From positions 1 through 64,000 of the IMG/VR virus record IMGVR_UViG_3300020020_000027: a stretch of 64,000 nucleotides of DNA. One strand, given 5' to 3'. Source of the stretch: a virus. Below are positions 58,450 through 64,000 of the stretch, one piece after another. The notes below the pieces were generated by a model, which ran no database searches, was not told the DNA's origin, and worked only from the letters and a program-made list of their open reading frames with translations. The stretch's first letter is position 1, and each line of letters starts with the position of its first letter. The translations under genes were made by a program, and so were the position numbers.

Positions 58450-61400
58450 ATGGTACTATGTGTCACATGTAGCCTATGTCGGGACATAGTAGTATCAAAG
58501 CCGACATACAGGGACATACCTATAGATGGCGGACATTTCAGTGCATCTATGGACTTACATGTATGTACCGCTCAAAGGGGAAATGAGACGCACAACCACG
58601 CAATTCACCAGGCATGGCTCGATGAGAACAAATCGGTCATAGGGGTCAGATCATGATAATTCTCCTTATACTGGTCGCATTGCTCACAAACGCCGACAAA
58701 ACGGGCATCACAGTCGGACCGGACTATTGCCACATAGGTGTGCAGACTGAGCCAAAGGCCGCAGCCTACGCACTTTGCTACATACCGGACAAAGAGGGTG
58801 AAAGAGGTGAAATCGGATGATTGACCTTATAGCGGTCATTATGTCCTTAGTGGCCCTTGTCGGACCCTTCGGACTTATCGTCGCGAGTCTACTCAAATCA
58901 TGACAAACACCGACGAGTCGCACGATATCGGTATGTTCTGGGCCAATCTGTACGATTCTAGCTGGATTGCGCGTGATCTGTCCCAAACCATGACAAGCAT
59001 GGACGGAGCGGACAGACTCCACCAAATCGGACAACTCGGGATCACTGCGACAATAGTGATCTTTGGGTTATTGGTGGTATACCTCACAGACTTGTACCAA
59101 GAGGTCAAATCGGACGTAAGGGAGTAAGCGAATGTTCTTCGCCATCATGGTCATTGCGGGCATAGTGTCCATTTTCGCCGCAGACCGGTACTTTAACGAC
59201 AAAGAGCGCTGAGTAGTACAAACCGGACGAACTAGTACAAACCGGACACATCAGTCATAAGGGTTAAACTAGGACAAAGCATCACGATTGCGGCATATCT
59301 CCCGATATAGGATCAATACTCGTCATGTCCGACTTACTACCCCAATCCGGAGCAAATCGGACATCTGGAGTCAAACATGGGCAAGCACGAAGCAAAGGGA
59401 CACGCCTCCCGCACCGGACCAATCGGACAGCTCACCCTAAAGACGGCAAAGCACGTAGTTCACCCCATAGTGCACGTTGTGGCCATTATAGGACTCCACA
59501 CCGCAGCCCTAACAATCATGACCAAAACGCCCATACTGCACTTGATCGGGCTTACGCACTGATTCCAGCACAGAGTAGCACATATAGTACAAAACGGACA
59601 TAGCACCCTATATGCGCGTATATCAGTATATTTCCATACTTGAGTGTGTGTGTATCAGTATATTTCCATACTTGAGTGTACAACACAGACTTGATCCACC
59701 ATATCCGCACAAAACGGACATGGCGGGCATTGATCCTATATCGGACATATACCGACAAGTGGCTCATACGTGCCATGTCCGCGCTTCGTTCAAACGGGTC
59801 TATCGCGACGTTTCGGACATATCGCGAGATTTCGGACACATCACCCAATTCGCCGGTATCTACCAATATCACTACAACAGTTATATATCGGTCGGTGACG
59901 CTCAAAGGTACCTAAAACAGTACAGTTAGGACAAAACGGACAGTTAGGACAAATGGCATGACACGTCACGAACTATCCCAGATAGTCGCAAACCAGGCCA
60001 AACTGTTCAAAGGTCACGTAAGCGACAAAGGTGACCTAGTGTTCCCAACCGCCGGACAAGCCACAATGTTCGCACAAGCGGTCGTTTGGGACCTTCAGGT
60101 CGAAGCCTACCTTCCGGACAATATGGACATCGAAGACACAGACGTCAAAGTGACCGTAAAGGGGCGATGATGAACAAACTGACCTCATCCGGGCTTACCA
60201 GGGCATTGAAGGCAATTCGGGACGCAGACCCCGATGGCGGACATTCGGGTGGAAGCATCCAAATGCTCCACAACCACAAAGACTGGGCAATTCGGACATA
60301 CGGGCTGGAAGTGTGGAAAACGTACATGGCGACCAGTTGGGACAAACCGGACAACTGGGACAATGAGTGCGAAGGTCACGAATCACTCAAAGGCGAAGAT
60401 ATGGGCGAATCGGTCTATTGCGACGGCTCGTGCGTAACGGACAACTGGGGTAAGTCATGACAACTCACACCATAACCTCAGGTATCGACCAAACCGGACA
60501 AAAGTTCCAGCTAGCCCATGACGGACAATTAGCACTAATGTACTCATACGAGGGCAATAGGTGGAATTATATGTCAAGGGCGACAATTCGGTCACTCACC
60601 AAGCTGGCTCACCAAATGGGCATCAAGTGGGACAAACCGGACAAAATACGCGAACTGTACAACTACCGCGTAGCGACCAAACCGGACAGAGTGCGGAAAG
60701 CTCTCGAAAGGGACAAGAAGTACGCACCGTACCGAATAGCACAAATGGGTCAGGACGACTGAAAACGGGCAAATAGGAACGAGACTCTAGGATTAGGTCG
60801 TTCGAGGACAAAGCGGACATGGCGCGCATAAGTCACTTGTCGGTAATATGTGATCATTGTGATCATACCCGGTCATAGGCCACCTTGTCAGCGCATATTA
60901 GTGCATATAGGCTTAAATCGGTAGAAAATAGGACAGATCGGACAAGATGGACATAATAGACAGAACCGACATGTCCATTATCAGGGGAAATAGATCCATT
61001 TAAGATTATGGATCGGCAAATCGACGGAATTCCAAGCATATGCGTCTATATACATGTATATAAGATCATGAGGGGCATAAGTTACCCGTGAGTAGAACGG
61101 GTGCGTGATCATGCATGAATATAGATCGACATCTCTAAATTCGGACAAAGAGGTCATTGCATGAATTTCTACGAACTAATGCGCATGGCGAACAAAACAG
61201 GCGAAGCTGTGCTTTTGCCGGACAACGTACACCTAAGGCGTCCAATGTCGTCGACAACGGACAGATCGTCCAAATCGACCGGAACCAGCATCATAGGGTT
61301 CTTTGAGATGTTTCGCGACAAAGACGGCAGAAGGGTCTTCATCGGCCAAGACGGACAATACCGGCGGATGTGACGTATGCCAAAACCGGACACAAAGCAC

Positions 61401-61583
61401 GAATTGGGCATACAGCTCGGAACGGTCTTCGACACCCTTATGGCGACATACTGCATCGCTCTGGACATACCGGACAGCAAAGGCGAATTCGCTGGGATCG
61501 ACCCAAACGGCGACATAACCCGCTATGACGTCCGTATGGTGGATTACATCCACATGTCCGAATATCCGCTGATAGAGCTGTAA
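58450..61583 (+). CDS. Series of small rightward hypothetical ORFs (58450-58656, 58900-59127, 59377-59562, 59958-60170, 60167-60460, 60457-60762, 61161-61373, 61377-61583)
   Basis: RBS and ATGA coupling for several; no recognisable families. Confidence 0.45.
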
Positions 61584-61613
61584 ACATCAAGACAAGGTGG
61601 TCTATGTCTGGGT

Positions 61614-62240
61614 ATGAAACTCAGACAAATGGGACAGATCGTACTGAAGGGTACGAATCGGACAAAGGAGCTCAAAGTGGTACAGAGGAAGCTATCCAGG
61701 TGGAAGCGCTTCAATCGGGCAATCCACAGCGAAACCGCCCGTACCTGGTCGCACCGGACACCGGCGCTCATGGTGGCCGGAGTCGCCCTTTACGTCAGTT
61801 ACTGGCACATTCGGGGCGGCGCGCTTGATCATGGCCTCGACGCCGTCAGCGCCGCGATCTTGCCGTTGTCCGTGGACGGCATGGTCATCACCTCAGCTCG
61901 CTATGTCACCAAAGCCCAAACGATCTTGGGCAAGACGCTGGCGATCATCGGCTTCATCCTCGGCGTGCTGGCCACGCTCGCCGGTAACCTGATGAGCAGC
62001 GACGGGACGCCGGTCGGCACGGGCTTTGCCGCCTGGCCAGCCATCGCCGTGGTGGTCACCGGAGCGATCTTGCACTGGGGCGACGCCAAGGCCAAGCCGA
62101 AGAAGAGCACCAAGGCGCCCACTAAGGCACCCAGCAAGCCCGCACAGCCCTCAACCCCCGCTACCCCAACCGCCACTACCCCCAACGGCTCGCACGCCGC
62201 ACAAGACCTCTCAACGCCGTTTGTGCCCCAAGCAGCTTAG
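61614..62240 (+). CDS. DUF2637-like multi-TM protein
   Basis: YVSYWHI..HGLD..AAILPLSVDG..WPAIA; locally high GC. Confidence 0.75.
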   Translation: MKLRQMGQIVLKGTNRTKELKVVQRKLSRWKRFNRAIHSETARTWSHRTPALMVAGVALYVSYWHIRGGALDHGLDAVSAAILPLSVDGMVITSARYVTKAQTILGKTLAIIGFILGVLATLAGNLMSSDGTPVGTGFAAWPAIAVVVTGAILHWGDAKAKPKKSTKAPTKAPSKPAQPSTPATPTATTPNGSHAAQDLSTPFVPQAA

Positions 62241-62251
62241 TAAGCTAAGTT

Positions 62252-62298
62252 ACCCCTATCGAGTCCACCCTGAGGTGATCTTGATAGGGGTTTCTTTG
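62252..62298 (+). terminator. Putative intrinsic terminator
   Basis: CCCTATCGAG..CTTGATAGGG stem followed by TTTCTTT after the DUF2637-like gene. Confidence 0.55.
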
Positions 62299-62570
62299 TC
62301 TACTTAGTTACTTAGTTACTTAGTTACTCTTGGTAACCAGGTAGCACAAAAGCACAAAACGGACAAAAGGAACATTTGGGTTCAATAAGGACAAGAATGA
62401 TCTGGATCATCCATATATTTAAATGGATCGCGAATCCTCGAAAATTCCCTGAGCTGCACTTATCCAGATTTCTTGTTAGTGGGAAGTATGGAGGGCGTGT
62501 GCGTAAAGGGTCTGTACAATCGAGCAACAGGCTGAGAGCCAATCTGAGCCAAGATCTTTAAGAGGGGTAG

Positions 62571-63071
62571 ATGACCACCGATAGTGCAAGTAAACGACTC
62601 CAGATCGGTCCCAGGATGCGCGAAGCATGGGCCTACATCGCGGCCCATCCTGGCTGTAGCGAGTACGAAATCAAGATCAATTTTGACCAGCGGCTGTTGT
62701 CCCGTCTGGTCAGGGCCGAAATGGTCGAGCTACGTCCACCAGCGCAAGAAGGCTTGGGCCGTCGTGCGCACGCTCTGACCGCGTGGCAGCACGACGTAAC
62801 CAAACGTCGATGGGCCAAGGATTCCGCCTATCACGAAGCACGTAAGCGCGTCTATGACGACTATGAAACCTATACCGTCCCATGCCCACACGTGAGCTGC
62901 AAAGGCTCCCAAGGTCAACGCTGCACGGGAGACTTCTACGGCCGCGCTCGCAGTGCGCCTCACTACGAACGCTTGATCGTCAAGCTAAACAAGCTCTATG
63001 AGCTATACATAGACAACAATAACAAGATCACAAAACCGTCGCCAGACGACAACACCTCTGACCAGCCCTGA
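62571..63071 (+). CDS. Hypothetical protein (wHTH-like N-terminus, Zn-finger-like C-terminus)
   Basis: GAGGGG RBS; YIAAHPGCS..; VPCPHVSC..QRC..PHYER. Confidence 0.6.
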   Translation: MTTDSASKRLQIGPRMREAWAYIAAHPGCSEYEIKINFDQRLLSRLVRAEMVELRPPAQEGLGRRAHALTAWQHDVTKRRWAKDSAYHEARKRVYDDYETYTVPCPHVSCKGSQGQRCTGDFYGRARSAPHYERLIVKLNKLYELYIDNNNKITKPSPDDNTSDQP

Positions 63072-63631
63072 TCCCCGTTCCCAGTTATCTACCACAAATA
63101 TAGCCGTCAAGATCACAATAGCCTACAGCCTGACCAGCCCTGGTCCCCGTTCTCAGTTATCTACCACAAATATGTCATGTACACCTAAGACAACATAGTC
63201 AACCAATGCTAGTTACTTTAATAAAGATATCTGAGAACGGGGATCAGCCCTGATCACAAGCATGATCATCCGACATCTTAAGTTACTCGACAGTAACCAA
63301 CAGCCCGTTGGTTGGGTCTCTAAACTAAGGGTACCCTAAGATCTTGTTCTATATGGTGGGATTGATCAGCATCTGGACAAAAGGATCAGGGCTGGTGAAT
63401 ATGGGTCGAGATCTTACATTGCTCGATGTATCGATATGTCACTTTTTAATGGTATTTTCACTCATAATGATCAATGTTATGTGAAGTGTGGGATATTTTG
63501 GACAGGTGGTGACACAGGTGTATGGTTGCACTGGACAGGATGGAATGGACTATGTAATGAAACCATGCATTGACAACTATCCACCTAGACATTAATTGAC
63601 ACAGAGAACGCGAAACAGGGATCAGCCCTGG
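63058..63631. repeat. 44-bp direct repeat pair with partial inverted copies
   Basis: CTGACCAGCCCTGRTCCCCGTTCYCAGTTATCTACCACAAATAT at 63058 and 63130; partial inverted copies near 63231 and 63383. Confidence 0.8.
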
Positions 63632-64000
63632 TGGGAGCATGTGCGCTTTATCATGAACACCGCTGATAGAGTATGTTGACTATGTCTAATAATTATGCAT
63701 ACACACTAGTAATTATAGAGCATCCTAGGATGATCTTGAACATATTAAAGTAAGATCGGAAATTTGGCGGAATTCCAGCGCCGTGATAAGGTTGATATAG
63801 GAAGAAGAAAAACCGGAAAGGGGTACGGGTGAATTGCTGGAAGTGTGACGCGCCTGCCACACACTACGTGTGCGTAGTGGTGGGCAGTGACAATGACACT
63901 ACCTACGTCGATCAGTACACCTGTGATTACCACACTAAATTGGACATACCCGACGGGTACGGCATTTTAGAGGTATCACTGAATGAATTAGACCCATTCA

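Larger units (their letters stand above)
56210..61670. repeat. Dense field of short degenerate repeats (AAWCGGACAW / WTGTCCGWTT) with 9-10 bp phasing
   Basis: GGAC at 57962, 57972, 57982, 57992; TAGTACAAACCGGAC twice at 59214 and 59233; ACAGTTAGGACAAA twice near 59922-59953; both strands, inside and outside ORFs. Confidence 0.85.

Noticed and set aside
63085-63096. DnaA boxes in the 44-bp repeats
   Set aside because: TTATCTACC differs from TTATCCACA at two positions, which is not persuasive.
63978-64000. ACTGAATGAATT match to Y RNA copy 4 at the window end
   Set aside because: It is not followed by GGTTATC, forms its own short hairpin, and is truncated by the window edge.
1-64000. Integrase, repressor cassette, reverse transcriptase/DGR, RtcB ligase
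   Set aside because: No ORF with the diagnostic motifs was recognised; such genes could lie outside the window.

Overview
The window is most or all of a tailed (siphovirus-type) phage genome. The host is probably a filamentous actinomycete, inferred from a BldC-like HTH gene, a DUF2637-like gene and the endolysin type. Layout: (i) 1-9 kb is an RNA-rich accessory region with tRNAs, tRNA-like elements, an SPFH lipoprotein and a Ro60/TROVE gene; (ii) 9-28 kb is a rightward replication/recombination arm (ParB-like, SNF2 helicase, Cas4-like nuclease, AAA ATPase, SSB, Prim-Pol, RecD-like helicase, UDG-fused PolA, RuvC-like); (iii) 28.4-55.9 kb is a leftward lysis, tail, head and terminase arm; (iv) 56-64 kb holds small ORFs in DNA saturated with phased GGACA repeats, followed by an iteron-like segment. 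No integrase was recognised. The best candidate for a new system is a phage Ro60 accompanied by an array of at least seven Y RNAs (188-2016). All seven share a covarying Ro-binding scaffold (5' ACTGA..GGTTATC / 3' CTTGT), each carries a different internal domain, and they are interleaved with tRNAs and tRNA-like elements that could act as processing sites. A second array of three equal-sized hairpin RNAs lies in the same cluster. All calls come from reading and hand-pairing the sequence; no searches or folding programs were run.
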